A stretch of DNA of 64,000 nucleotides from Stramenopiles sp. TOSAG23-3 (GCA_900128585.1 LT642152.1:1-64000); one strand, 5' to 3'; positions 40,451 through 51,398 are shown, counted from the stretch's first letter. Made by a program: numbers and translations. Notes: a model not told the origin generated them from the letters alone.

Positions 40451-43400
40451 ATGGCGCACACTGCATTGTTTTTCAGCGCGTTGCTGGTTTGCTTTGCGCA
40501 AGCAGCAGAGAGAACGTCTTCTACCTTGTATGCACTGAAGGGTTTGGAGGATCCGAAAACCGAATTATTGCCGAAAAGTTTTGAGTCTTGCGAACGACGT
40601 TGCGATGTTGATATAGACGGCCTTGAGGAAGGCCCAGACATGCAAGATGCTTTGCGAAATGCATTTATTTGCCGCAAGCAGGCTAGGGACCAGTGCCAAG
40701 CGGATCTGTGCAACTTGGGATACCAGTGTTTCACGGAAACCAAAGAGCTTGTCTCGGCCGACTTAGACTCCATCTTTGGGGAGGGGTTGTGCCGGTTGGA
40801 ACGATTGAATGAAAAAGGAACCAACACGAAGGCAGTAGTGCTAGAGAAAGATGACGTTGAGGTTTGTAAACAGAAAAAATACGAACACATAGACTTTACT
40901 GAATCCGTCACAAAAGGCTTTCTTGGAGACAGATCATTTTACTTTCAGCAGCCAGGAAGTGGCGACGCGAAATACTTGTGGGAAGCTGTCCTTCGGTTTC
41001 TCGATGGTGGGCTTGACGAAGCTGGGCTGGTGGGGCGTGGGGGAAAAACTCCCACCGAAAAAATGGACATGTTCTGCCGGCAGTTCAAAGGCGACGACAC
41101 CAAATTGAAACTTAGTGCTCAGAGGGCAAGTTTTGACCTGCCGCGGCGTACATACAACCGAATGTGTCCTTTCGACAGGGCAGTAGCACGGCATATATCC
41201 CGGGGCCTGCTGTACGTTTTCGCAGAGCTAATCAACACTATGAGCGATGTGCTGCGCGAAAAGAATAAGCTGACGAAGTTTGTGCCCGGAAATGGATGGT
41301 GCAAGTACAAGAAGGGCCAAGCAAGCGTGTGCCGATACTGGTGTCGGAAACCGAAGAATTGGGCAAAGCTGGCAGAGACTGCGAAAGCATTGTTGACAAA
41401 GTTTGAAAACTGTGTAGCAGAAGGCGCCTTTGCTTCTGCGAAAGACGACAGCTGCAAACTTCCGGGGTTTCGACCGCTGTTAGACAAAATAGAATCGTTG
41501 AGAACAAAAGATAACCCGTTTGCAGAGTGGTACATGACCGCCTCAAACATGATGCATGGATGCCCGTCCGAGATACTAAATAAAGCAGAACTCAAAGGTG
41601 TCATTCACCACGATATGGACGGTGTGATGGGATTCATCACGGACCCTTCGGCCCCCAAAGCCCCAGGATTAGACAGACTAAGCGCAGGAAATACCCACGT
41701 GTGCGGTATTACGAACGATGGCTCGGTTGAATGCTTTGGGTTTGAAAACGCCTCTGTTATTTTCCCTACGAAAGGCAAATTTGTGCAAGTCAGCACAGCC
41801 TCCGACTCTGCCTTTCCGTGGACGTGCGGTTTGACCGACGATGGTGTCGCGGAATGCTGGGGCACTACCGGAGAGGATAGCATTACGTCAAAAAACCGTA
41901 TATGGCTGAAGAATAAGGGGAAGTATATATGTAGAGACTCTCCGCACTTTCAATGCAAGTGCAAGTCAAAGCACGACAAGAAAGGCAAAGGTAGGTGGTG
42001 CTCACTTTCGCACACGAACATTGTGTTGTGCGGGAAATTTAGGTGCGAGTTCGCTCCGCCATCGATCGACAAAAGCGAAGCCCACGGACGGTTTGTCCAA
42101 ATTAGTGTTGGCCAGCCTAATGTCAATTATGCATGTGGGGTAAGCGTCTTGGGCGCTATTTATTGCTGGGGTTTATGTGGCAAGGCCACTTGCAACGACC
42201 ACCAGCCTCGAGTGCCTATAAATGGGGAGAAGTACTTAAAAGTGAGCACAGGTGAAAATTATGCGTGTGGGTTTACTGACACCGGGTACCTGGAATGCTT
42301 CGGGTCAGGTGTGGGCCCGCACATTCCCGAGTCAATTCTCCCAGGCGCAGTCGACCCAAGTGCATCAAAATTTGTCGATGTCAGCTCGGCGCATTTACAA
42401 ACATGTGGCCTCACCGACGTGGGATCAATCATATGTTACAGCGCGCAAAAGAAACGAGATGATCCATACAAATCGCTGGGGTTCAACGGGCGAAGGAAAA
42501 TCCCAAAAGCTGAGGGCGCAAAGTATGTTCGGGTGTACACTTACCACACTGCGAACAGTTCTGCAACTCCTTACATAGGCCATACGTGCGGCCTCACAGA
42601 CGGTGGGACTGCGGAATGCTGGGGCGACAACTCGTGGGACAACGAGGTAAATAGTTACCAGCCAATAAAGTATAGCAAGACCGTGGACTTTGCCCAGCTC
42701 GCATTGAGTCGCCAAAGGACCTGTGGACTGGGAATGGACGGGAAAATTTTCTGCCAGGGCGCGTACGTCAGCGGCATAAAAAACAATGATTACGCTCCCC
42801 CGACTAAAGGGGACAAGTTTGTACAGTTAAGTCTTGGTCGATCCCATTCTTGTGGTCTGGCAAGCGATGGCCAAATACACTGCATTGGGGCGGATGGTGA
42901 ACCCAGCGAAGAAGTTCCCGGGCTGACATCACAGGGCGCCCAATGGTTGCGAGATTTCCGCAGCTCCGGACCAAGGTTGCTGATGGGAAGTCTTTCTTCA
43001 AAATTCTCTCGCATGTGTACGGGTCCCGACTTCACGTGTGGACTTCGCCTTAGTAGGAGTAAGAAGGTAAACGGAACAATTTACTGTTTTGGCAGTAACA
43101 TTATCAATTACGTTCGCAACCCGTGGAAGAGTCAAGACAAGAGTCAATTTGTTGACCTCGACTGCGGTGGACTCGGGGCATGCGGTTTGACCGCATCGGG
43201 TAAGATAGAGTGCAGGGGAATAGACATTGCGCAAATCAACAGGAACAAGTTGCTGTCGCCCGCACCCGGCAAAGGCAAACGGTTCGTGGCCATCTCTGCG
43301 GGCAACCACATGACTTGTGGTGTGTCTGACACGAACGAAGTCACTTGCTTTACGGACAAAGAGAGCGCCCAGTACTTTCCGATACCCGAGAATTTTGACG

Positions 43401-45913
43401 AAGGCCAAAAGATAGTGAAAATTAGCATGGCAGGTTCTGCGTTTTGCGCTATACTAGAGAAAGGCGCGTTGAAGTGTATATTCACACGAAACGAAACCAA
43501 CAGATTTGTCGATAGCCTATCGCGAAAGTACAACAAGCCTCGTAAAATTATTGACCACACGGTCCACCCCATGAAAGGCACTGGGCAAAGATTTATTGAT
43601 GTAGGTGTAGGCTGGGGTACCATGATATGTGGCGTGACCAATTGGGGTATTGCGCAGTGTTTCGGCTCCAATCAATATGGGGGCCCTCACTTTTACGACC
43701 CAAAGTATGGAACTTACCCTGAAAGGTTTGTGAGCGTGTCTGTCGGTAAGACGCATGCATGTGGACTGACTAACTTTGGCAAAAGCCAGTGTTGGATGTC
43801 CGACATAGTTGGCGAATCTAATGGCTTCAAACAATGGACGCCAAAGCCCCATACATTCCCGCCCCCTGGGTGTATCCAAGGTTCCAAAGGCCTGAATTGC
43901 GCATTGAGAGATTCTGGTGTGCACTTGGAAGCTGGTATATTTGTTGATGAGCACGAAGAGTTCCCTTTCGTTATTCATCAGGGTGTCGTTGTCGACAATG
44001 TAATAATTTCAACAAAGCCAATGGAGGAAATCGATCTTACGGATGCCAAAGACTCGGCGGCAAAGAAAAAGTACATAGAGGAAGCAAAGAAGCGGCACAT
44101 CGCTCGTGACACGATCCACATGAGTGCAGAGTTGGAAGGCAACGAGATCGCTCTTCGGGTAAAGGGGTGGTTCGAAGACTACACCAGAACTTGGAAAGGG
44201 GCGTCCGCTAAAGTCGACAGAATGTTTGCAAAGCTTGGTGTATTTTCGGGGACCGNNNNNNNNNNNNNNNNNNNNNNNNNNNNNNNNNNNNNNNNNNNNN
44301 NNNNNNNNNNNNNNNNNNNNNNNTCAGAGAGTAATTTTCTTGGAGGAAAGGGGCACTTTAAAGATCAAATCAAAGGACTGAAAGACATGGGTGCTGCAAA
44401 CTTTTTGAAAGATGCCAAAAAGAGGAAAAAAATAGGCAAGATAGCCCTAACCCCCGAATCGAGAGAGAAACGGAAGAAGCGCAAGGAAAAACGAGAGAAA
44501 GAGTTCCAGGAGAGGATGGAAAAGAAAATAGTCAAAGAAAGAGCCCTATGTAAACAAATTTATGAAGGGAAAATCTTGCACTTCATGCACAAGCCAATCG
44601 GGAAGGCGTCCGTTTTGAAAAAAGGTATCGTGAAGAGGATTAAAGTCGAGCTGCACAAGAAGAGGTTCCCGGTATGCATGTGCCATGTGGAAGGTTTAAA
44701 ACAGCCTGTGAAATGCCATGAGGCAACCAATGCCATTGAACTGTCACGAGACGCGCAAGTGCACGCCAGCGGGAAGCACCATAAAGTGATCACGCAGGAT
44801 ATGGAATTGTCTGAACCGGATGTGAGACGTTTTCTCCGGCTGGCTCATGTTCCAGCAGAGAAATCGCCCGAAGAACGACACGATTTCGTGAAGAACACAA
44901 TATACCCGCTGGTGAAGAATACTATTGTCGAAGAAGGCTTTACGAAGGAGGTGGCAATGGCATTCCTTAAGCGCCACGTTCCCATCCCCACTGCGCCTAG
45001 CGATGTCACGTTTGGAAACAAGGAAGTGCCACCGCCTCCGCAAGCCACGGGGGCTGCGGCCGGTGGGGTGCCGAAGGTGAAGTCTGGGCGAAGACTTCTC
45101 GCTGCAGTGCGAAAGGGAAAGAATGGTAATTGCAAATGCAAAGCGAAATGGTGGTATGAGCACTTCTATTATTACGGTTGTGATGTCCGCCGCCCAGGGG
45201 GTGGAGAAGCATGGTGTTACACGAAGGGCACGTGCGAGGGCAAACAGTACAGAACGTGTACGGATCGTGTCCAGGAGCTGGAAAAAAAAATTAAAGACTT
45301 GGAGAAAAAAGTTCCTGGGGGCAAAATCCTGAAACTCCAAAAAGCTGTCGATGCTCCAATAGCAAAAAGCTCGTTGGTCAAAAGCGGGTCTGACAAAGCA
45401 CTGAAAGTAACGGACACGGATAATGCTAACTTGAACGGTGTCAACTCGGTTGATGTGAAAGTGGGAGGGTTGAACGGGAAGACGAAGAAACTAGTGGCCG
45501 ATGGTGTTACAGAAGTGCAATACATTTTCGAAATTAAAGGCAAAGAAAAATTCTTTAAGGAAGAGGAGTTGAGGTATGATAACCCCACCGGGATGATCCA
45601 GGCAGTCTATGACTGCTCAAAGAAAGGTAGCGCGAAGAAGATATGTAGCATGCAAAAGAAGTCTGTTAAGGACCCAGTAAACCTGAAGGTGTTTGTATAC
45701 CAGTCGGACTTTTTGTGCTGCAAGTACCCTGGTGGCTCAAAGGGCACCTCCTTTACCAACTGCCAAGAATTGAAGAAAGGCTGCAAACAAGACCTGACAG
45801 TATCTCGTGAATTTTCAGTAACCATCAAGGGATTTGGATATGATGTCGCAGAGATTAAAAAGGGACGTAGAAAGCTTCTAATGCAACGTTTCCGCGGCGG
45901 TGGTGGCAGTTAA
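40451..45913 (+). CDS. Giant secreted protein with RCC1/CRINKLY4-like repeats, an FN2-like module and an RFRGGGGS tail
   Basis: Signal peptide; many F.Q.S.G..H.CG(L/V)T..G...C(F/W)G repeats; SGRRLLA; CKCKAKW...GC...WCYT; VYQSDFLCC; RRKLLMQRFRGGGGS-stop. Spans a 68-N gap, so the frame across it is unverified. Confidence 0.85.
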   Translation: MAHTALFFSALLVCFAQAAERTSSTLYALKGLEDPKTELLPKSFESCERRCDVDIDGLEEGPDMQDALRNAFICRKQARDQCQADLCNLGYQCFTETKELVSADLDSIFGEGLCRLERLNEKGTNTKAVVLEKDDVEVCKQKKYEHIDFTESVTKGFLGDRSFYFQQPGSGDAKYLWEAVLRFLDGGLDEAGLVGRGGKTPTEKMDMFCRQFKGDDTKLKLSAQRASFDLPRRTYNRMCPFDRAVARHISRGLLYVFAELINTMSDVLREKNKLTKFVPGNGWCKYKKGQASVCRYWCRKPKNWAKLAETAKALLTKFENCVAEGAFASAKDDSCKLPGFRPLLDKIESLRTKDNPFAEWYMTASNMMHGCPSEILNKAELKGVIHHDMDGVMGFITDPSAPKAPGLDRLSAGNTHVCGITNDGSVECFGFENASVIFPTKGKFVQVSTASDSAFPWTCGLTDDGVAECWGTTGEDSITSKNRIWLKNKGKYICRDSPHFQCKCKSKHDKKGKGRWCSLSHTNIVLCGKFRCEFAPPSIDKSEAHGRFVQISVGQPNVNYACGVSVLGAIYCWGLCGKATCNDHQPRVPINGEKYLKVSTGENYACGFTDTGYLECFGSGVGPHIPESILPGAVDPSASKFVDVSSAHLQTCGLTDVGSIICYSAQKKRDDPYKSLGFNGRRKIPKAEGAKYVRVYTYHTANSSATPYIGHTCGLTDGGTAECWGDNSWDNEVNSYQPIKYSKTVDFAQLALSRQRTCGLGMDGKIFCQGAYVSGIKNNDYAPPTKGDKFVQLSLGRSHSCGLASDGQIHCIGADGEPSEEVPGLTSQGAQWLRDFRSSGPRLLMGSLSSKFSRMCTGPDFTCGLRLSRSKKVNGTIYCFGSNIINYVRNPWKSQDKSQFVDLDCGGLGACGLTASGKIECRGIDIAQINRNKLLSPAPGKGKRFVAISAGNHMTCGVSDTNEVTCFTDKESAQYFPIPENFDEGQKIVKISMAGSAFCAILEKGALKCIFTRNETNRFVDSLSRKYNKPRKIIDHTVHPMKGTGQRFIDVGVGWGTMICGVTNWGIAQCFGSNQYGGPHFYDPKYGTYPERFVSVSVGKTHACGLTNFGKSQCWMSDIVGESNGFKQWTPKPHTFPPPGCIQGSKGLNCALRDSGVHLEAGIFVDEHEEFPFVIHQGVVVDNVIISTKPMEEIDLTDAKDSAAKKKYIEEAKKRHIARDTIHMSAELEGNEIALRVKGWFEDYTRTWKGASAKVDRMFAKLGVFSGTXXXXXXXXXXXXXXXXXXXXXXXSESNFLGGKGHFKDQIKGLKDMGAANFLKDAKKRKKIGKIALTPESREKRKKRKEKREKEFQERMEKKIVKERALCKQIYEGKILHFMHKPIGKASVLKKGIVKRIKVELHKKRFPVCMCHVEGLKQPVKCHEATNAIELSRDAQVHASGKHHKVITQDMELSEPDVRRFLRLAHVPAEKSPEERHDFVKNTIYPLVKNTIVEEGFTKEVAMAFLKRHVPIPTAPSDVTFGNKEVPPPPQATGAAAGGVPKVKSGRRLLAAVRKGKNGNCKCKAKWWYEHFYYYGCDVRRPGGGEAWCYTKGTCEGKQYRTCTDRVQELEKKIKDLEKKVPGGKILKLQKAVDAPIAKSSLVKSGSDKALKVTDTDNANLNGVNSVDVKVGGLNGKTKKLVADGVTEVQYIFEIKGKEKFFKEEELRYDNPTGMIQAVYDCSKKGSAKKICSMQKKSVKDPVNLKVFVYQSDFLCCKYPGGSKGTSFTNCQELKKGCKQDLTVSREFSVTIKGFGYDVAEIKKGRRKLLMQRFRGGGGS
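44256..44323. other. Assembly gap (68 N)
   Basis: Run of n characters. Confidence 1.
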
Positions 45914-46034
45914 TTTAGAAACCTGAGTAGTAACCTTACCGGCGGCTTGAAAATAATTATACTAATGTAAATAAATTTTAATTCAAAAAAAAAGAAAAAC
46001 CCCTCACTACACAGTACTGTTACCGAACGAATAG

Positions 46035-46120
46035 CCTGGTACCTGGTATTCCAACACAGTACAGCAGGTACGGTACCGGTACCTGTACCGGTAATAACTG
46101 GGGTACTGGTACCTGGTACC
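46035..46120. repeat. GTAC/GGTACC-rich degenerate repeat
   Basis: Dense CTGGTAC, CCGGTAC and GGTACC units. Confidence 0.7.
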
Positions 46121-46537
46121 AAGTAAAAGACCGCCATCAATTCTTTTCTTCCTCTTCTTCTTTATTTTGTGACTACTCATCGTCATCGTCGCATTCATCA
46201 TTGCCAATCATCAGGAGAAGAATTTATTATTATTATTAGTCGTCGTCTCCTCGTATATTATAATACTTCTTTTTTTTAATTTTTAAAATGACTTCTTCTA
46301 CTCTAGAAGATATATTATTATTCTTTTTAAAAATAGAAATCAGTGTGTACGAAAGTGTAAGTCACGAAATTTATACTTATTGTGATCAACACGAAAATAA
46401 AGGATTAGATCGCAAACTTGATAAAGAAGTACTTAAGAATAATTCGAAGCTTTGTCTCCAAATTTTCATTTGAAAGTAAAGTCCCCTCCATCCCCGCGTG
46501 CACATTGGAACGAGTAGAACACTGCAGGAAAAGACAG

Positions 46538-47881
46538 ATGCCGGCGGCCAGAAGAAAAAGCAAACGCTCGGTGAGCACGCGCAAAGCCACGAAAGCGTCT
46601 TCATCGTCAGGAGACAACGTGTCGACGAGCACCGACGTAGAAGTACAAGAGAAACGAAAAAAATCGTGGCGCACTCGAGTCTTTTGGAGCTGGATCATGA
46701 CAATCTATGCGTTGAGTATGTTTTACTTTACGCGTCAGGCCGGGTGTATGTTGACACTGTTTGTGATCCAGACTGTTTGCTACGTTGAACTGATACAGCT
46801 TTTATCGAGCTCGAAACAAGAAGCAAAAATCCCCATGTTTCGCAACTTTTATATCTACTGGTTCTTGATATTTTCGTTCTGGAGCTGGGGCAAGGCGTTG
46901 AAGCCGCACCTGATGCGAGACTCTTTCGTGGAATCTCTTGGTTTCAGTATGTACGACTGGCTGCAATATTTTGAAATAATTTCGTATACGCTATATGTCG
47001 TTGGTATCTTGGCGTTTGTACTAAGTTTGGACGATAAGAAAATGTTCAGGTACCAGTTTCAGCAGTTTGCGTCCTGCCACTGCGCTTTACTGCTGATTGT
47101 AGTTCAAGGAACTTTAAACGTGTCCAACTTATTCAACGGCATCATGTGGGTCCTGTTCCCAATGAGCCTCATTGTGTGCAACGACTGCTTCGCGTATATT
47201 TTCGGATTTCTTTTCGGGAAGACACCGTTAATTCGATTGTCCCCAAAGAAAACGTGGGAGGGTTTCTTGGGTGGGGCGTTGGCTACCATGATTCACGCTG
47301 TGCTATTCTCGCGCTTCTTATCCGACCCAGCATTCGACCCATTTTACCAGAGTGGGTTGGTGCCTATCCCTTACATCCAACCGGTAATGACATGCAAACC
47401 TAGAGGGGTTCTTGTCGAGTCGTTTTCCATGCACCCGCCGACGTGTGAATGGGCAAAGCTGTACAGACCCGCGAATGTATGCCCAGAGGCGTTCCCCATG
47501 GCCAGTAGAATTGCGGGGCTCGCTGGCCTTGAAAATGTTTTGTGCAAACATGTTAGCTGGTCACCCGTTCAATCCCATGCTTTAGTGTATGGACTTTTTG
47601 CTTCCGTAATTGCTCCGTTTGCTGGGTTCTTTGCGAGCGGTTTCAAACGGGCAATCAAGGCAAAGGATTTCGGTTCACTTTTTCCTGGCCACGGTGGGAT
47701 GCTGGATCGATTTGACTGCCACATGCTGATGGCATCTTTTGGTTACTTTTATTTCTCATATGTTATTGAGGGAAACGACCCGGTGTCCAAGGTGCAAAAG
47801 GCTTTAAAGGTACTATCGGAACTAGGGTTGTCGGCTATGGATATTGACTCAATCCGTGAAAAGATTAATCTGAAATTGTGA
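46538..47881 (+). CDS. CDS1: Phosphatidate cytidylyltransferase (CDP-DAG synthase)
   Basis: CNDCFAYIFG..FGKTPLIRLSPKKTWEGF and FFASGFKRAIKAKDFGSLFPGHGGMLDRFDC; ATG 46538. Confidence 0.96.
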   Translation: MPAARRKSKRSVSTRKATKASSSSGDNVSTSTDVEVQEKRKKSWRTRVFWSWIMTIYALSMFYFTRQAGCMLTLFVIQTVCYVELIQLLSSSKQEAKIPMFRNFYIYWFLIFSFWSWGKALKPHLMRDSFVESLGFSMYDWLQYFEIISYTLYVVGILAFVLSLDDKKMFRYQFQQFASCHCALLLIVVQGTLNVSNLFNGIMWVLFPMSLIVCNDCFAYIFGFLFGKTPLIRLSPKKTWEGFLGGALATMIHAVLFSRFLSDPAFDPFYQSGLVPIPYIQPVMTCKPRGVLVESFSMHPPTCEWAKLYRPANVCPEAFPMASRIAGLAGLENVLCKHVSWSPVQSHALVYGLFASVIAPFAGFFASGFKRAIKAKDFGSLFPGHGGMLDRFDCHMLMASFGYFYFSYVIEGNDPVSKVQKALKVLSELGLSAMDIDSIREKINLKL

Positions 47882-47907
47882 GGGACCGCGAGTGATGTCT
47901 GTGCAAG

Positions 47908-47965
47908 AAAAAAGTTCCTCTTTTAAAAACAAAAAAAGTTCCTCCTTTAAAAACAAAAAATTGGC
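47908..47965. repeat. Tandem duplication AAAAAAGTTCCTC(T/C)TTTAAAAAC ending in a partial copy of the recurrent element
   Basis: Two units followed by AAAAAATTGGC. Confidence 0.7.
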
Positions 47966-48241
47966 CATGAAAATGAATCTACTTCTTTTGTCCATTAAAG
48001 GTTTACGTTCTTTCATGTACTGCGAATTTATCTCTGCTCCTGTGATTATACTACTAATCAATATACTCGTAGATGAAACAGTCCCTGTATGATTTTCCAA
48101 GCAGCAGCGTGAATGCTTTAGAGGTGCTCGTTTTCTGTCTTGTAAATCAGTCAAGGAATTATCATTTGTGGGTTGAGTTGTCGGGGGAGGGTCGTGTGGG
48201 TCGGTGCGCATAATCGGCGGTTGCGGCTTCTGTTGTCGGCC

Positions 48242-48267
48242 TTTAAAACAAAAAATTGGCTGTTATT
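48242..48267 (-). promoter_or_regulatory. Recurrent 3'-flank element
   Basis: Plus strand TTTAAAACAAAAAATTGGCTGTTATT, about 95 nt past the stop at 48362. Confidence 0.5.
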
Positions 48268-48361
48268 TGGTTCCTCCTTTTAACGAATTAATCTCTAGAG
48301 AGAGATGACCTTCTAAAAAACCAAAATATATGCAGTTATTTAGAGATATTAATCTAAAGTT

Positions 48362-50572
48362 TTATATTGACTTATCTTGAAATGTCTCCCAATTTCCTTT
48401 TGTCGGCCCAAAACCTGCAGAGTGCGACTTTTCAGCGACAGTCTTCAGCTCCACATTTGTAAAATTACACGCTTTAGCTAGCGCTTGGTATTCCCCTCGC
48501 GTTGTCGTTTGGCTAAGCAGTGAATTGTCGCAGCATGGTACAATAGTGATGCCAGCATCGAAAAATGCTCGGGCCGGGTGGTCCGAAATGGATGAGATGC
48601 TTCCTGTGTGCACGTTACTGCAGGGGCATATTTCAATCGCAATATTTTTTGCTGATAGTGTGCTTTGCAACGAGCCTGATGCGCGGGCTGCAACCCCATG
48701 CCCTATCCTAGTTGCGTGCAGTCGTTCCACGGCGGTTACGATGTTCTTTTCAGCCTGCTCCGACTTCCCTTCCCCTGCATGAATGGTGATGCCAAGCCCG
48801 TTGGCGTGAACAAAATCAAACGCTTCGATGAATTTCTCTGGAGGATGGTCATATTCATTTCCTGCCAGATCAACTCCGACCACGAGTTTGTCCAAACCAT
48901 GCTTGCATGCTAATTTTGCCATTACCATAGCCTCCTCAGCCCCGAAGTCCCGCAGTATAGTAACTATTTGGTAAAATGAACACTGTGGATACGATTCCAT
49001 AGCCCTGCTTAAACCACGACATACGGCATCGATAATGTCATCATCACCCAGCCCCTCCTGGCGGTGCAGACTAGGGCAATATCGAACTTCCGCGTACGTA
49101 ACGTTCGACTTCAGGTATAAATCTTCGCATATTTCATACGCTACACGCTCCAGCGCATCTTTATCTTGCAAGACCAGCAGTGTTGTTGCAAATGATTGGA
49201 GGCATCGCGGCAAGTCCCAACCGATTTTAAAAGCGAGGTGTTTTTCTACATCATCTGTTGACTCGAAGGTATATAAGTTGCCTTCCCCACTTTTGACTTT
49301 CTGCGAGTACAATTCGAGAAACGTTTCTGGACGCAAGCTCCCGTCCAAATGAACGTGCAACTCTGCCAGCCCACAATCAACACTCTCGAACATACCCTTG
49401 AAGTGACTTGTCAGTACTAAGTCGGCGTCGAATAGATTCTGCTCTTCACGCCCTCTTTTGGTCTGTTCAGCCGAGTCGATACGCGTTAAGCCGCAGACAT
49501 TGTCGTGGTGGTCGGAGCCTAAATGGTCTTTGAAACACTGCGTACATAGTCGAATGTCTGTAAGAGCTTGGGCAACCATTTCGCTCGATGTCGGACGTCG
49601 ACCGGGCGAAATCAACAAAAGCCTTCGCAGATAGCCGCATATCTCTTGCCAGCCGGCGAGTTCCCCGGCAGACGCCATGAGCTCTTGGCACGCGTCTCGA
49701 ACTACTCGAATCATCCGATTCGTCCGGCCTTTAAAAATGTCCATGTCGTTCATGGCTGATCTTGAAAATGGCCCGTTGTCTATGACGCTTTCTTGAAAAA
49801 AAGATAAACCAAACACGGTCTCCAAAAGTGTCATGCCGCAGCTCCACATGTCTCCCGCTTTTCCATCGTATTGGGTCTCTGTGAACATCTCCGGTGGGAT
49901 GAAACCTGCAGAGCCTACTGCCCCAGTTAGTTTACGAAGACCACTGTTGCTCGGTGACGTTCGAACGGCATAGTCAAAATCTATAAGGACTGGATGACTT
50001 CGGTACCATTCCTCTCCTGGGTACAGTATTACACATATGTTTTCGGGCTTAATGTCTCGATGACACCACCCGTTTGAGTGCATGAACGCCACCGCATCGA
50101 AAAGTTTCAAAAATACTCCCAAAACAACTTGCGGCTGCGCTATTTTTTGCCCTTCAATCTGAAGCAAGTGCGTTTTTAATGACCCACCGTGCCACGGGTA
50201 AACGATCCGGCAGTGAGTTGGGCTCAAAGTCGCGCTCACGTCGAGTATACTCGTAACGCTCGGGTGCCTTGCCCCTAAATCTTTCAACGCCTTTATTTCA
50301 ACCAGAAGTCGATTTTTCCGTTTTGTAAGGGCTTCTCCGCCGCCAGTTGTCCCCAGGGCCTCCCAATTAACAAATTTGCAGGCTACGCTTTCACGTACGT
50401 TTTCGCCCGTGTACCTTGTGGCTTGCACCACTGAGGTGGCACCAGTGTTGTACGTTTCTGACTCAGTTTCGTATCGATATGTTTGCGTTGATTCACCGGG
50501 GCTATCGAGAAGTGGAACAGGGAAGATGGGCTTTTCCCACTCAAGTTGTACAATTTCGTTGAACTGACTCAT
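48362..50572 (-). CDS. Ser/Thr kinase-adenosine deaminase fusion
   Basis: Kinase motifs VACK, HRDIKPEN, DFD, GSAGFIPPE, DMWSCG; deaminase motifs ELHVHLDGS, YAEVRY, GVDLAGNE, HAGE, RIGHG, EICPCSN, CDN. One ORF; ATG 50572. Confidence 0.9.
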   Translation of the reverse strand: MSQFNEIVQLEWEKPIFPVPLLDSPGESTQTYRYETESETYNTGATSVVQATRYTGENVRESVACKFVNWEALGTTGGGEALTKRKNRLLVEIKALKDLGARHPSVTSILDVSATLSPTHCRIVYPWHGGSLKTHLLQIEGQKIAQPQVVLGVFLKLFDAVAFMHSNGWCHRDIKPENICVILYPGEEWYRSHPVLIDFDYAVRTSPSNSGLRKLTGAVGSAGFIPPEMFTETQYDGKAGDMWSCGMTLLETVFGLSFFQESVIDNGPFSRSAMNDMDIFKGRTNRMIRVVRDACQELMASAGELAGWQEICGYLRRLLLISPGRRPTSSEMVAQALTDIRLCTQCFKDHLGSDHHDNVCGLTRIDSAEQTKRGREEQNLFDADLVLTSHFKGMFESVDCGLAELHVHLDGSLRPETFLELYSQKVKSGEGNLYTFESTDDVEKHLAFKIGWDLPRCLQSFATTLLVLQDKDALERVAYEICEDLYLKSNVTYAEVRYCPSLHRQEGLGDDDIIDAVCRGLSRAMESYPQCSFYQIVTILRDFGAEEAMVMAKLACKHGLDKLVVGVDLAGNEYDHPPEKFIEAFDFVHANGLGITIHAGEGKSEQAEKNIVTAVERLHATRIGHGVAARASGSLQSTLSAKNIAIEICPCSNVHTGSISSISDHPARAFFDAGITIVPCCDNSLLSQTTTRGEYQALAKACNFTNVELKTVAEKSHSAGFGPTKGNWETFQDKSI

Positions 50573-51112
50573 CGCAATACTGTAAAAATCGTTTTGGCCA
50601 GTCCGGGTATCTTCTTGTCGTGCCGTTTTTTCCAACCTTCTATATTGCCCGAAATTGAACACCCGCAGCAACAAAACGACGATAATGTTGAAAGAATTAT
50701 AGAAGATTTAAAATACGAAGTATGAAAAGATACACACCCACATTTTCTTCTGCGATTCAACTATTTTTTAAAAATTATTATTATTATTATTTATTATTAG
50801 TAGTCGTCCAATAATTAATAATATTTTCTTCTTCTCTCCTCCTCTCCTCTCTCCTCTCTCCTCTTCTTCCCTCTCTCTCTATTTTTTTCTTCTCTTTCTT
50901 CTTCTTCTTCTTCTTCGTCGTGTTGTTGGTTGTTGTGGGTGGTGTGTGGTGTATGTCGTCGGGGTTCCTTTTTTTTCTTACCCCCTTTCGGATACCTGGT
51001 AGTACGGGTACCGTTATGTAATAAACAAACGCAACCAACCGTAGTATTAATAATAGATTCACAAGTTTATCATTAATATTTTTACTGTTTCAGGAACAAA
51101 TTATATAGTATG

Positions 51113-51140
51113 TTTTTAAAACAAGAAAATTGGCTGTTAT
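51113..51140 (-). promoter_or_regulatory. Recurrent 3'-flank element
   Basis: Plus strand TTTAAAACAAGAAAATTGGCTGTTAT, about 260 nt past the stop at 51399; lies within a local imperfect duplication (51079-51116 and 51142-51203). Confidence 0.5.
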
Positions 51141-51398
51141 GTTTTTACTGTTTCATATATCATATATTATATAAAAAAACAAATTATATATAGTATGTTT
51201 TAAGTCAAAAAAGAAAAGAAAAAAGAAGGTAAAACCGTTCAAGAACCCAAACAACTAACATAAAATTGTTTGAGACAGTGGGTATTATTGTTTTGTTGAA
51301 ATATGATTAATTAGTTATTACATACTATGTTATATAATTTGTTTCTTAATTAGTTATTATTATTGATGATGAAAATAAGGGTGGTGTCATATGAGTCT

